DNA from: Lepidodermella squamata
Taxonomy: Eukaryota > Animalia > Gastrotricha
Assembly: GCA_047495785.1 (NCBI GenBank)
Contig: JBLDXI010000004.1
Span: 2,170,001 to 2,234,000 of the forward strand
Reading direction: 5' to 3'
Length of the DNA stretch: 64,000 bases
The notes under the pieces are model-generated. The model searched no databases. It worked only from the letters and a program-made list of their open reading frames with translations, and was not told the DNA's origin. Shown here piece by piece: positions 1 to 12,885 of this stretch. A program made the position numbers and the translations under genes. Each line of letters starts with the position of its first letter. The first letter of the stretch is position 1.

Positions 1-488
1 GTCAAAGGTCATGAAATGAGGTCTTAGCCGCATTTTCAGCCGGACTTCAGTCGAAAACCGTGGGATGCGAGCAAAACGAGAGCTTCATCTAACGCTATCT
101 TTCTGATGATTCTTCTGGAAGAGTGCCCAAAAATGAACCAAGTCTCCGCAATTTCTCAGTTTTATCGAAATGATCAGGCATCAGGCGACCACGAAATGGG
201 GCCCGTGGCTCCATCGGTGGTCGCTATCCAAAGTTTCTAGAAGCTCAGATCTTAACAAATCAAATGTTTGCTTGCAAAATTCTCGACCGGCCGCACCTAA
301 TGCTACTGAGCTCTGAGGCCAGCCGGCCGCCGAAAGAGCTGGCATCGGCCGCAAGCGGCCGGACACACCGAGTTTGCGCACCACTGGGTTACCTGTATCG
401 ATTTTTTCAGCAGTTATCACGATAGCAAATGTATTATGTTCTTATCGTTCGTGGCGCGGAAGAACCCGCACTTCAGGCAAAAAAGTGT

Positions 489-728
489 CTGTACTGGCTA
501 GCACAGTATAACACCCGGCTGTAATCTCAGGTACAGTCTTGGGCTGTACTTTTATTGTACAGTCTGTTGGTGACTATACCGTAAGTACACCTCATCAGGC
601 TGTACACGGAAGTACAGCTGGATGGGAGACTGTAGACCGCAGTACAGCCTTGATTACTGTACACGAAGTACAGCCTCAATCACTGTACTTGCAGTTTACA
701 GTAACATCCACCGTACTGTATAGGTACA
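489..728. repeat. Left subterminal array of spaced palindromes CTGTAC-N5-7-GTACAG
   Basis: About 8 copies, e.g. ctgtacacggaagtacag, ctgtagaccgcagtacag and ctgtacacgaagtacag, at roughly 30-bp spacing. Confidence 0.8.
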
Positions 729-1150
729 CTCATACCAGGCTGTGAATAGAGCGTTTTGTAAATTTCTTCGCTTTTTCTGGTAAAGATGCATTTCAGCGCG
801 ATTTCTTTCGCTGTGCTCGATTGCTATCATTAGGAAATGTGCAGCCCATCAGCTATAATGCGCTATTCAAGTACGCAACCCCCGTGACTATGGCATGTAT
901 GATTGCGTAATAAGGAGTGAATAAGCTGACACAGTCGCGGCGGTACAAGATTCCCAATTTTTCATCGTTTAAACCATCCGGGCGCGCGGTCGAAGAACCA
1001 AAATGCTTTTTATTCCGTCCTTACTTCGCATGTGAAATAACTACAACTGACGAAAATATTTGGATTGGAGAGGATTAAGGCCTAGGACAGAGCATACCGA
1101 CTTCGAAAAGTGGTCAGGAAGGTGAGGTTACCTGGCCAGCGACAGCAAGT

Positions 1151-1525
1151 CTAGTCTGACGCGTAGAATAGCTCGAGGCACTTCCAGACGGCGAGTCTTG
1201 TCTCTTGGCAGAGGCCGACGCAACAGTCTTCAAGGCGGCAATGGAGTGGACGATGAACGAGCCAGGTACAAGCATCGACTAGCTCATCGACAGGCGCGTA
1301 CCAATCCGCTTGAAACCCATGCCGATCACGTAATAGGCCATGACTTTGGCTAAAGTGAAAGGTAGCGCCCGTGCTGGCGAGGGAGAGGCCGTCGTTCGTC
1401 GGTCGTCGGCAAAGGTGCCCAGTGAGGTCCCAGGTGTACTCGGTTAGTGTATTAGCGGGTCGCTGGTATAGATTATGTAGAGGAGCGGCGGGCTTCTTCA
1501 GCCTTCGAGCGATTTTTGCGTTTTG
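1151..1525 (-). other. ATG-less 125-codon open frame inside the transposon (possible cargo exon)
   Basis: Manual translation: QNAKIARRLKKPAAPL...EYTWDLTGHLCRR...HCRLEDCCVGLCQETRLAVWKCLELFYASD*. It is GC-richer than its flanks. No family recognised. Confidence 0.3.
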
Positions 1526-2348
1526 TTAATCGCATTATACCGTAAAATCCTAAAAAAAGACGACTGATCTATAATGAAACCTTCCGATTTAAGCCCCCAT
1601 TCTTTACGACGATTGAACGAATAAGCCCCCAGGCCTACAATAGTACCGCGTGGTGCAAATAAAACTTTAGCATGCCTCACATGACTAATAATTTTCAATT
1701 GCGTTCCAAGTTCGTGATCGAAAACATTACCATGATCGCTGCGCTACTGAGAAAGATGGTCGACTCGTATCTAGAGAACCCCCAATGAAATCGTTTTTCA
1801 TCATTTTCTGACAACAACACAGTCAACAGTATGTTCAGTTTTATCTTCTCATCTTGAACTAATTCAATTACACCCGTGTCTTCCTTGGAAGCGTTGAAGC
1901 CGTGTAAAGTGACGAAGCCGAATCCCCAGCACCAACCCAATTTTCATTTAAACATTAGAATCTTTGAGCATTTGAATAAATAAGTCCACAGCTTACAATT
2001 GCTCCTCTTCCTTATCAAGTCCCCAGTTTTCAGTTGATTTGGAAATGTAAGCCCCTGCGCTCTTATTTCGGATTTTACGGTACTTTGTGAAGTAGTTGGC
2101 ATATATGTTATTGGGGGTACATGATTGATTTGAAGAATAAGTCAGTATTGGTGGTTCGCTTCACTGCGGCCGCTCACTGCGTGCTAGGATGAGTTGTCCA
2201 GATGGAGCGGGACATTTTGAAATTTCATTATAATTGAGAGCGCGTGCCCACTTGCTGGTTCAAATCGTCGATTCAAGTACTCTCCGAAACAGAGTTTTCA
2301 TATCGCGCGCCATCCGAATAACGAAGTGTTAAATCCCGAATAGCTATG

Positions 2349-2595
2349 CTGTACAATAGCTGTACTGAGCAGTACAGCCTGAATTACTGTAATTGACAGT
2401 ACGGTCTAAAGGCTGTACTTGGCAGTACAGTCTAATTGCTGTACTGGGTAGTACAGTCTGAATGGCTGTACTGGGTAGTACAGCCCTTCCATAGGCTGTA
2501 CACGGCGTACAGTCCCTATACTGTACTGTAGAGTACAGCTCGTAATTGCTGTACTACTCAGTACAGTGTCCGGGGCTGTACTCCGCGCAGTACAG
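2349..2595. repeat. Right subterminal array of spaced palindromes CTGTAC-N5-8-GTACAG
   Basis: About 9 copies, e.g. ctgtactgagcagtacag, ctgtacttggcagtacag, ctgtactgggtagtacag (x2) and ctgtactactcagtacag, at about 29-30-bp spacing. Confidence 0.85.
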
Positions 2596-3856
2596 TTCAA
2601 GGCAAAAAATCACCAAAGTGCGGGTTCTTCCGCGCCACGAACGTTATACTAATGCGTTGTTTAGCCCAAGAGCTAGAACCAAACGCGGGCATTTATGAGG
2701 GAATGACCGTAATAACCGATGCATGGACGGACAGAGCGATAACATGCTCGTGCGATATCTGCACGGAGGCCGGGTCCAGGGTCGTGCAATTATCGAGGGA
2801 GACAGCTAACGGGGGCTGTACATGAGTCAGCAGGGATTAAGTTTGAGCGAGTTGCTAGCCAGATGGCGCTGAGCAAACTGTAAACATGACAACGCGTCTT
2901 GATTTTTTATTTCGCCTGTTTTATTTTCAGCGGCCTGTGGAAACTCGTATTCGTGAATATTTTTCAAATTACCTCTTAATTGGGATTAATGACAGGTATG
3001 CGCTCAATGCCGGGACTTCACAATGGGAGACATCGAAATTCTCATTGCCAAATCACCTTAGCGCTTTGAAGTCGTAGATAAATATACAAAACCTTATTCA
3101 GGAATTCAACGCAAAATTCACAAATCCTATCGATTTCTTTTTCATTCACTTCTCTTTATTGCAAAATTGATTTGTGATCGGTAATAATGATTATTTATTT
3201 TGTCGTACATTAAAGCTTCTGATATCGCAGTTTCACAAATTAATATGAAATATATTTCCGTGTGAAATGACTTATTCTATCAACTAAAAATGATTGGAAT
3301 TAAAAATCCTTCGAAAAAATCGGTGAAACGACAATAAAACATTTTTGTTACCCACCGGCGAGAATTTTAGTCCGAAAGTGTATGTATTTCCAATAAATTT
3401 TACGCAGTTAAGTTGCCTCTTTCCTATATGAATTTCATCGAATTAATGGCATTGAGCGATCACGGACGTCGTAATTTCAAGGCATAAGACGTGTGGTTCC
3501 GTCAAGAGGAAACACCGATTCGATAGGAAAATTGAATCTAATGAATTATTATATTTTCAGGCACGGTCTGATATTCATTAGACCGGCCTAGTAAGATGAG
3601 AGCATGTTGAAAAATCGGTCAGAAGCCCCCGCCGCCCCTCCTCGGGATGTTGCCATTGTCAAAGTCGAAATCAAATTATAAAAAGTTGTGAAAAAACCGA
3701 GAAAATTGCCAGGGCGTTGAGCAAGTAAATCGTAAAGTAGTGGCAGCCAGTATCATGTTAGATCAGGCCTTTCGACAATCGAAAATCGGGTAATAATTCC
3801 AATAACTCAGGACAATTCGAACGAATGAAATCGGTTTATTATTGGAATAAATCTAT

Positions 3857-5552
3857 AGCCGCTTTTACACTACAAAAATATTTGTATTTTTGATTGTTCA
3901 TATTAGCCGCTTTATATTTCTATTTCTAATTGTTCAGAGTAATTAAGTCTACACAGTAGTATTAGGTGTTGCGCAATCGCCACGAGCGATGAAAATGCCA
4001 AATTAAATTTAAATTGTTTGAAAATTCGAGTTTCAATTTGAAGGTCATTATTTGTGCTATTGCAGGTAAATTGAAGGTAATAAATAGCAAGCTATCGGCG
4101 GTGAAAGATTTCCATTATTTGTATCGTTAATATAATTAAGTTGGCCGCATCGCTATAACTTTGGACCCAACAACTATACTAAAATATCCCAAATATATCA
4201 AGAAATAAATCAGAGTCAGTGATCATGGCTCCTCCAATGGCTTCAGGATTAGACTCATCGTTCGAAATAAATTTCCAGCATTTATTGGCAGCCATGCCAA
4301 AAAAAGATCCATTTCTTGCTTGAGAAAAAATATTTTGATTTAAATAATATTTTCATTTGATTACATCGCCCGCTTGCTCTTGATATGGCTTTGACTTTGT
4401 TGAGTAATTACCATCAATTACCATCATTTACCATTCGAATGGTGTACAGTGTGGTCTGAAAATAGTAAAGGAACGCGCATTTCTTCAAATAATTGCGTTT
4501 TCAGATAATGATCACGAGGCTAATCAATTTTTTCAATCTATTGATCAGCTTCAATTCAATGGCGTACATCTGATTAGCCAATTTCGAGGAAAAAAATAAA
4601 ATCAGTCCTTATAATTTAAAAATCATTAAAAACAAATTGTAATTTGAAATACGGATTAAGAGAGGAGATGCTATGTTAAAGAGAAGGTTTCTGGTTGCAC
4701 CTGCATGCTCAATGAAAGATGACCCAAAATATCAAAGACCTTTCCTATATGTATGTAGTTGGCTCCAAGCACAGCCCTGTAAGCGGAAAAGCCATATTTA
4801 GACTAACCCTTACGGAGTCATCGTGCAGGTAGATCTTCGCTAAGCGTGTGTCCCTACCGCAAAAGTAGTCGAATTCACTAATATTTCAATGATAAAAAAG
4901 CAGATTTTCAGGTCAAGACATTTTAACAGAGAAAATTTCCCAGGTTCTCACACTGTTAATAACAAGTTCAACAATACCTTAAAAAGGCTCTTTAAATTCG
5001 TCATCTACCGAAGAATTCCAATTAGTTTGAAGTTCAAACTTTTCGTAAATACTTTGACATTTACGTAGAATTAACTCTCTTTTCATAGATTCGCGTCGTC
5101 GCCTTCACTTAGACCTCTTCTCAGTCACTAACTAGGCCAGATAATTGAAGGTATGAAAAGGCATATTATTTTTTCTGTCACAAAATTAAGTCCTAATCAT
5201 TGTGCTAGAAAATTTCACTTTTTCAAATTTTCTTCCGGGCTTGGGTAAGGACCCTTCTCTTACTGCGTGTATCCTTCACGGATATGTAATTCGGTAACTC
5301 TAAGCCGATTTAGTTTATTGCTTCGATAAAATAGTTTCTGAATTCTTTTTAATTAAGTCAATTACCATTTAAAATAATCTTTTTGAAAATGAAAAAAGCA
5401 GATGGAGAAAATGAACTCCAACTACTGCGTAGCTACACGGTCATGTGCCCATCACATGATAACCATCATTCAGTTTAATTTTCAACTACGATTCGCGAAT
5501 TTTAAGTCGCAGCTTTACTAGTTTCAGACCACACTGTAGTGTGAAAGCGGCT
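3857..5552. mobile_element. Older PIF/Harbinger-like MITE whose right TIR is interrupted by a Tc1-like insertion
   Basis: Left end AGCCGCTTTTACACTACA matches reconstructed right end TG[TA]GTGTGAAAGCGGCT at 17/18 positions. Flanks TAT/TAA are only an imperfect TSD. Confidence 0.5.
4447..5536. mobile_element. Tc1/mariner-type non-autonomous element, TA TSD
   Basis: CAGTGTGGTCTGAAAATAGTAAAG (4447-4470) vs CTTTACTAGTTTCAGACCACACTG (5513-5536), 23/24 inverted match. TA on both sides. Confidence 0.88.
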
Positions 5553-6461
5553 TAAATCTGAAAACAAGGACTTGATTCTTCGTGATTACACAGCTGGGAA
5601 ATAAATTTGAAACAACTTATTTTCATCATTTAGAGTGGAAAAATTCAAGAAATGTTGACCAGAAAAACTAGTAAAAAACTAGTGATTTCCTATTCGGCTC
5701 ACGGTTTATTCCAGCGGGGTTCTTTCAAAAATAGAGAAATAACCTCCGAATTGTTAACAAATACCAAGAGATTTCAGTTTTTCCTAGTAAAAATCTCGAT
5801 TTTAATCCTGATTCCATCATGCTAATAATTCTGATAAATTTAAAGACATTTGTGGTCGGGAAAACTGCTAAATAATGAAAAATCAAGGCAATTCAGATGA
5901 GTCTATTAGTTGATCAGCAATTGACCTCAGGAAAATCTGCAAATCCAAGAGATATAGGAGATAGACGGGCATTTTAACAGTTGTTGAAATGAATTGCTAT
6001 TTTTGTTCTCATGGACTGGCGTAATTTCTGATGGAATTTTAACTTAAAAAGCAGCACGACTCGCAGCCCGACTTGAGTGGCAGCTAATCTAATTAAAAAT
6101 GTACAACTAATTTATTTAGCGGGGTCCACAAATCGATGACTAGGGGTGGGCATATAGCGGGGTTGCAGATATCCGGGAAGCACTGTATAAGGGTAAATTG
6201 ATCCCTTGTGCCTTTTTAATAAAAAAAATAATCACATTTTTTGGGTCCATGAATGACCGAATGAACCGGTTAACGAACCGGCGGAAACGGCCCTCAGAGA
6301 TGCCGTGCAATTCGGTAAATGCGGCTTAACATTCCGGCAATAAATGATGTGTGAAACGAATATTTTCGGTGAAGGAAACTTTTTGATACCCCAGAAGTTG
6401 AGAATTGTAATCGGGAAGTTGAGAAAATCAGCCAAATTAAACCATAGTCTCAGGATTGGCT

Positions 6462-6669
6462 CATAGCGCAGCCACTTTTTACCGTAGCCGAGAAAATCGC
6501 ACAATAGAGCAAACGAATTGCCTGCACAAAAGGACACACTTTTTGGGCCAATATTTTTTATTTTCAAAATGAAAAATATTCGCCGAAAAATCTGTTCGCG
6601 TTCCCTTATTCAAATTACGGGCTCTATTGTGAGATATTCTCGGCCTCGGTAAAAAGTGGCTGCGCTATG
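6462..6669. mobile_element. 208-bp MITE with ~49-bp TIRs, CATAG...CTATG termini, possible 2-bp TSD (CT)
   Basis: catagcgcagccactttttaccg...aatagagc is the imperfect inverse of gctctatt...cggtaaaaagtggctgcgctatg. CT lies on both flanks. Confidence 0.75.
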
Positions 6670-6791
6670 CTATTTTGTGTCTAACCCGTCCTATATAATC
6701 GCCCACTTATGAGATGGATACGCAAGAACGATATGCCAAAAGCTCAAAAGAAGATATGCCAATTGAAAGAAAATGGAAATTTTGAAGATGG

Positions 6792-7007
6792 CCCTGAAGT
6801 GGGTGATTTTCAGGGTGCCATGGCGCCCCTTTCCGCCCGATGGATTTTTTAATTATTTACTGCGTTAGATAGCTACGAACGAGCTCTACATGACCATGCC
6901 CACGCGCCGCCTTAATAAAATAGCCAATCGCAAAAAAATTGCGATCTTAACGAGAGAATAATGGCCGCAGTAGCGTTGGTCACCCTGAAGTGGGTGATTT
7001 TCAGGGT
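6792..7007. repeat. Pair of 25-bp direct repeats CCCTGAAGTGGGTGATTTTCAGGGT (each a mini-hairpin)
   Basis: Identical copies at 6792-6816 and 6983-7007. Probably a transposon remnant. Confidence 0.7.
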
Positions 7008-7021
7008 TCCATATTTCCTAT

Positions 7022-7404
7022 GCAAATCAAGCATAACAATTGCGCAAAAAACAACCGGCACGGAAGTGTAACGCGTTCAAATGACGCTCCTTGTTTACAT
7101 ATTTTTTGAAAACAACGTCCGAACGTAATGCTTGTTATGTTTTTTGTTATATTCGGACGAAAATACTAATCCGCGCGTCCGAGAACAACTGAGATCCTGA
7201 AAACGTGACGCTTTTGGCTCGATTTTTTCCAGGCGGTGAAATATACCCTAGTTGTTTTCCTGCGAATTAGCCATGTTCTTCTGAAACATAACAAGCATTA
7301 CGTTCGGACGTTGTTTTCAAAAAATATGTAAACAAGGAGCGTCATTTGAACGCGTTACACTTCCGTGCCGGTTGTTTTTTGCGCAATTGTTATGCTTGAT
7401 TTGC
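7022..7404. mobile_element. Foldback/MITE with ~120-bp perfect inverted arms
   Basis: 7022-~7142 is the reverse complement of ~7284-7404. No clear TSD. Confidence 0.85.
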
Positions 7405-7519
7405 GTTATTTCAAAATTTGCTCACTCATTTGAACTTTTTTTTAGAAATTACAAATTTGCTTCCTGAAGTTTAAAATGCGAGATTCATTCGCGATTTTAA
7501 TTTTCTTGTTATCGGCCAG

Positions 7520-10027
7520 CAAATGGGCGCTTTGCGGGGAGTGGGCTCGCTGCTTCTCGCAATTCGATGACACGTTCACCGTTTGCCGCGAACTGCCGAC
7601 CGGCTGTCAGCAATTGCGCGAATACCAAGTGAGTTCATCACATATTTGATGGGATAGTTTAGCTCTCTATTCTCTCAACAGGTTGGAAGCAGTGCTTCTG
7701 ATCAAAGCAGTTGTTTGAAGGCGGTAGGCCTTTTATTTTTCATTCTACTCTGATTCATTGATAAAAAAATTCCTCTTAGACTGCTAGGCTGTGCTACAGA
7801 TATGATACCTACGCAGCGACATGTCGACCGGGCTCACCTGGGTGCAGCAAAACTAACGAAATAATGGTGAGTTATTTGCTCTGTTAGCTTTGGTTAAGTG
7901 TCAGCTTCCTCATGAATTTCGGATTTTGTTCACTTTTGTTGTCATTTCAGATTGGAAGCTCCTACAATGGCTATTATCCGTTCAAGATCAATTTGGCGAA
8001 TTGCACAACAGATTTCAACTCTTTTCCGGTAGGGAGCAAACCTTAACTTGTCGACTTTTGTTCAGGCAACATTCTCATTAATAGAATCGAAATTTCGACA
8101 CGTGCGCTAATTCTGCTCAACAATTCGTCACCTGCGTTCCTAGCGATCTTCCTTGCCCGAACAATTCGGTAAACTTACTATAGGCACGTCTAGCTGTGTT
8201 GTTATTTTGAATAAAATAACAGAATAAAAAGTTGACTGGACTCGTTAGCTTGGACGCGTGCCTGCGAAGCATCAGCAGTGAGTTCCAACTTCCGTCTTTT
8301 CTATTAAATCTGATAGTTAATTTCGGTTTAAGGCGAGCAAGCTGACTCTGTCAAGCCGCATATTCGCTGCTTCAATGCCGTGACTCGGCATTTCACGGCT
8401 TGTCGATTGAGCACCTCGCGTTGCATCGCCAATGAAACCGAAGAGTTTTCAATGGGTGTCTATCGAAACAAAGCCAACTGCTTGTCATGGGTAAGACAGG
8501 GCTCCAGGCGCAATTCAGGCGGTACTTGCGTTAGAAATACTCATTTCGATGTTAAATAGCTTTTCAGAATTATCTATCAGAGAATAGAGACGATTTTGGC
8601 CTGATCTAGAACTTAAATAGAAGCCCGAAATATGTAGATCTTCCATGCATTTCGTTTTGCCGTCCGTAAAATTTATGCACAGCCAAACGATGTCACAGTC
8701 ATCAAATTAGCCAAATTAAATTCAACATTCAGTCCTTCCTCTCCTCTCCTAACCTAATCTCTTTTTCAGTTCGCGGCCTGGTGCCGAACAGGCAGTGTCG
8801 ATCAGTGTTTCAGCAAATGCCCCGCGGGATCCCAACAAGTGAGTCGAAGTTTTCTGAAGTCGGCCTTGGCTTTAATTTTTTCACAGCTTCTCGTATATTC
8901 TGCGTCTCGTGAGTTCGCCAGCAACTACGCCAGCTGTTTGGCTGACTTGGCTCAAAAGGTAAATAGTCCAAGTACATATAATTGACATCTGTGTTCTAGT
9001 ACTAATCACATAATACTGATTAACAAATCTACAAGGTTTAGCTTCAAAAGCTGATAATCCTTGATAATGACTGCGAAGATCACAGTCGAACAATCGGAAA
9101 CACACAGTAAAAGCGCTACAAATACCAAAACAAAATATTACATGATATTTGTGAACTATTTTTATGTTAAAGAAATATTTCCTGTCCTCGCTCCCCAATG
9201 GTCTCTTTCGACAACAATTGAAAGCATGTAACACGGATGGCGGACGCCTGGCAACATTTTTCACGACAGCTGATTTTGAAGCTGCGAAACAGGCTGCGAC
9301 TTCAATAGCGTTCATCGGGATAATGGCAGATTTCAGGTGGGACGACGATAACAGCCGCGTTCCTATCGACTCGCCGTTTTGGGAGAACATCAGCCCAGGC
9401 GGTGCCGGCACTTGTGAGTTCGATAGAATGTTCATAGACGTTTATAGAAGCATTTTCCCTTATTTGCCTCATAAGCTTTCCAAATTGTGAATGTTCAAAA
9501 TTGATAATTGCAGGTATGATTATGACTTTTAACGGTTTTGTTGATTCGTCATGTACTTCTACGAAATATGGGCTTTGTGCTGGCGCTGTAAGTTTCGGCT
9601 CACAACATTGACAAATCTCATCAACATTAATTTCGTTTCAGACTTTGGCTGATATGGAAATCTCAACTTTAACAGGCACAAGAAATCAAATGGCCAAATA
9701 TTGCCAATCTCGTGGAAAATCGCTTGCTGTCATCAAGGATCAAGCAACGTTCGACGCCGCTAGTGCGATAGTTAATGTGATCGGCCTTGCGTCCTACATT
9801 GGAGCTCAACGAACCAATCTGGCTGAGTTTTCCTGGATAACCGCCCAGCCTTTCGACAACTCGCTCTTCCCGAATTCACCAACCTTCGACAAGCAATGTG
9901 AGACTAAGCGAGTCGTTATAGTTGTTGCAATTGTTCAATTGATCATTTAGGCGCGGTGCTATTCAACGGTTTATTCATACCACTATCATGCTCTGGCCGA
10001 CAGGCTGGTCTGTGCGAGCGTATTTAA
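7520..10027 (+). CDS. Cys-repeat protein with two C-terminal C-type lectin-like domains; 13 exons visible, 5' end not located
   Basis: GT-AG exons splice in frame from KWALCGEWARCF through KACNTDGGRLA..FIGI..FRWDD..FW..C|MIMTFNGFVDSSC..GLC and YCQSRGKSLAVI..YIGAQR..FSW..C|AVLFNG..SC..GLCERI* (TAA 10025-10027). Hallmark CTLD pattern is C-x3-GxxLA, WIG-like, four core Cys. Confidence 0.85.
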
Positions 10028-10666
10028 AGTTGCTGAGATGTTTTCAAATACGCATTTGAACAAATCTGTGAACAATGAACTACAAAACTGAAATGAACCT
10101 TGCTGATTGCTATATCTATTCATCGTTTATCAATCGTTTATATCTGAACTCGCCGCACTCGATTTACTCATCTCAACTCGCCTCCGGCTCGTTTTGACTC
10201 GTAAATCTCGGTCGGCTCCGTTCAGATATGAACTCTTTACTCATGTTATACCATACAAATGTTACAGTGTCTATATTTTTCGCAACGCTGAAATAATAGA
10301 AAATAAAAAGTCCAACTTAAAATTTCATCTAAAACTGACTTTCTATTCATTCTCGCTCATTTTTTCTCATTCGTTCGAATTTCGTCTCGTTTTGAACGTC
10401 GATTTAATGAATTCTACTCTGTCCAACCCTATGCACGAATTTCACGAACAAATGCTCCCAGAATTAGGCTCCGATCGGCAATGCTGCCGCATTCGAAGCC
10501 GAATGGTTCGCATAACTATCAACTCTATGAAACGCACATTTACGGATCCGCGGTAGTTACCTCCGGCCGCTAGAAAGCCGTGAAACGCTAGTTTTCTCTA
10601 ACAATTAATTGCTCGCAGGCTATTGTTCGATTCAAAAATGAACGCTGGAGTCGCATTAATGCCGCT

Positions 10667-11017
10667 GGCATTGCAGGCACTTGCTACATTTGCGATATAG
10701 GTCTTGAACTTAATAAATTACTGACCAAATAACTTACGCAACCACGTCTGGGGTTGAAACTACTGCAAGCCTGCGAACTCATTTGCATATTCACAATTCG
10801 AGAAAATACAAAATAATACAGAATACAAGAAACAAACTTGTTTCCAGTATTCTGTATTTTCTCTTGTATTTTCTTGTAATTTTCGAATTGTGAATATGCA
10901 AATGAGTTCGCAGGCTTGCAGTAGTTTCAACCCCAGACGTGGTTGCGTAAGTTATTTGGTCAGTAATTTATTAAGTTCAAGACCTATATCGCAAATGTAG
11001 CAAGTGCCTGCAATGCC
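10667..11017. mobile_element. Foldback/MITE with ~135-bp perfect inverted arms
   Basis: ggcattgcaggcac...cacaattcga (10667-~10801) mirrors tcgaattgtg...gtgcctgcaatgcc (~10883-11017). Confidence 0.85.
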
Positions 11018-12489
11018 CATGACTGAAACTGTCAGCAACTGGTGAGCCATGGTAACAGCCATGGTAATACCGGGGGCGAAGCTAGAAATGTTATTATAAT
11101 GAAACAAAACTAATAAGCGCAATAATTCAAACATAGTATTTTGCAATTCGTTATTTGTTTTTCGTAATTTAGGTAAAAACAAGATACCGAAGTTGTTATT
11201 CAAGAAGCATCTTGTTAAACAACTACTTTTTCTGTTTAACAGAATACACATTTTTATCTTGTTTTACAGGCCATCTCATTTGCATAATTAATTTTACAGG
11301 AAACTTAAGTATTTTGTTCCTACGGGAGTCGATGAAGTTGAACGTAGCATCAATTTTGCTTCGAAGACCGCGTAGGTTAAAATGCTGTATATAAAAGTTA
11401 GTAGGAGAAAATCGGGTGGTTTTGATGATATCTGAAAACAGAACGGTCGGGGTCGAATTTGCCGGCCTGGGTTTTAGTGGGCAAAAGTACAATCCAATTC
11501 AACGCAACGAATACTTTATTTGGCTCATATCTAGCCTTATATATGTGTGTTGTTTACTACGTCAGTCAGTACATAAACAAGCATGAGCGTGCCGTTGCTA
11601 TGCAGTCTCTTCGGTACAAATTCTGCGAGTAGTTGTTGTTGATAAACCAGGCCCGCATCTATCGAAGTGGCGAGTTATCAAGGTGTTTAACCGTGCGTTG
11701 TTATCAGAATAAATTAATCATCTTTGGTGCGGTAAGAAACATGACTTTTTTTTATGATATTCCGACTTGGTTTTTGATGTCGAAAAATAAAGCTGATGTT
11801 CCGGACGAGCTGGCCAGGCTATAATATATCAGAAATCAGAAAAAATGAAGTCGCCTCGGTAAAACAAAAAAAAAGTCCACAGAGAAAATTGTCTTAGAAG
11901 AAGAGAAGCCGGTGCGATTTGCCGAGTAGGCGCATTGCATTAATAATAAGGTCAGTACCTGAAATTTGGCTCAAAATAGTCATTCCGGAGTCGAGCCCTA
12001 ACATATCGATACTGAAAATTTTGCATATTTTTGTTTACTGTTTCAAGACTGTTCCACTGATAACATACTTTTTACGACTTTAAATAATTATCAACTCGCA
12101 TCGACTGCTTGCATACGCAAAGACTCACTAATAATGGTCATATTATACTACTGTCTTTAGGAGATAATCAAATCGAGCTCCGATTATCCGAGGCCGCAGG
12201 CCGAGGACTCTTTGTGTCCCGATTAGCTCCTAAAGACAGTTGTAAAATGTTCATTATGCTCCGATGTCACTTTTTTGGCAGGACAAATTACGCAACACGT
12301 TTTGATGAGAAGACAAAATTGTTTCCCTGGCATTTTGTTTTTTTTCGTGCGTCGCTTTTTTATTCAATTATTCATGCTATGATTTTGCTGCTGTGAGCAT
12401 AATTGCCTGTTAAAATTTCGCGATTGAACCTATGGAGCAGGTGAAAAACTCGAATTCGAGATTTCGATTCGTTGTGGCAATGGCATTTT

Positions 12490-12885
12490 GGTCACAGGTA
12501 CCATAATCTTTTTACATAGATCTTCATTGCTTATTCTAAGAAGGTTGAGGTCCATAGAATTGGTTTCTTTCGCTTTTCGCCAAAATTCAGGGGCGCAATC
12601 AGCTGGTTGCTTTGGGTGTTCAAACAACTACCAAAATCAAAAATCAACAACCCCTCTTCGGCCTTCTCTAGAAAATTGTTAAAATTGTTTAAAAATGAAG
12701 GAAATGTTTGCATAATAACTGCCGAAAGTGTTCTCGCTTCGCTCGAAATCCCGATATTTTCAATAATTCCTATTGAAAATCGGCTCTCATCAACCTATAT
12801 AATCCAGGGGAAAATACAAATTTCACCCTTAAATCCATAACAACTATTAAAAACTTTCTGGCTGAGCCCCTGCCCAAAATACACC
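12490..12885 (-). pseudogene. Degenerate coding exon inside the long-IR interval
   Basis: After an AAAG acceptor: VYFGQGLSQKVFNSCYGFKGEICIFPWII*VDESRFSIGIIENIG...LLIFDFGSCL...TFLE*AMKIYVKRLWYL*. About 130 protein-like codons with two internal stops. Family not recognised. Confidence 0.3.

Larger units (their letters stand above)
446..2643. mobile_element. Non-autonomous TIR DNA transposon (2.2 kb) with 28-bp TIRs and 4-bp TSD TTAT; possibly Sola-type
   Basis: CGTTCGTGGCGCGGAAGAACCCGCACTT at 446-473 is the exact reverse complement of 2616-2643. TTAT flanks both ends (442-445, 2644-2647). Superfamily is inferred only from the 4-bp AT-rich TSD. Confidence 0.9.

Noticed and set aside
489-2595. 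Spaced palindromes as a CRISPR array
   Set aside because: The context is eukaryotic, the conserved parts are only 6-bp half-sites, the linkers are about 12 bp, there are no cas genes, and the arrays are subterminal to TIRs.
8881-9435. 184-aa minus-strand ORF
   Set aside because: It is the antisense shadow of lectin exons.
10107-12396. ORFs 10107-10556, 10952-11251, 11223-11492 and 12109-12396
   Set aside because: No motifs, mostly non-ATG starts, and overlap with repeats or low-complexity sequence.
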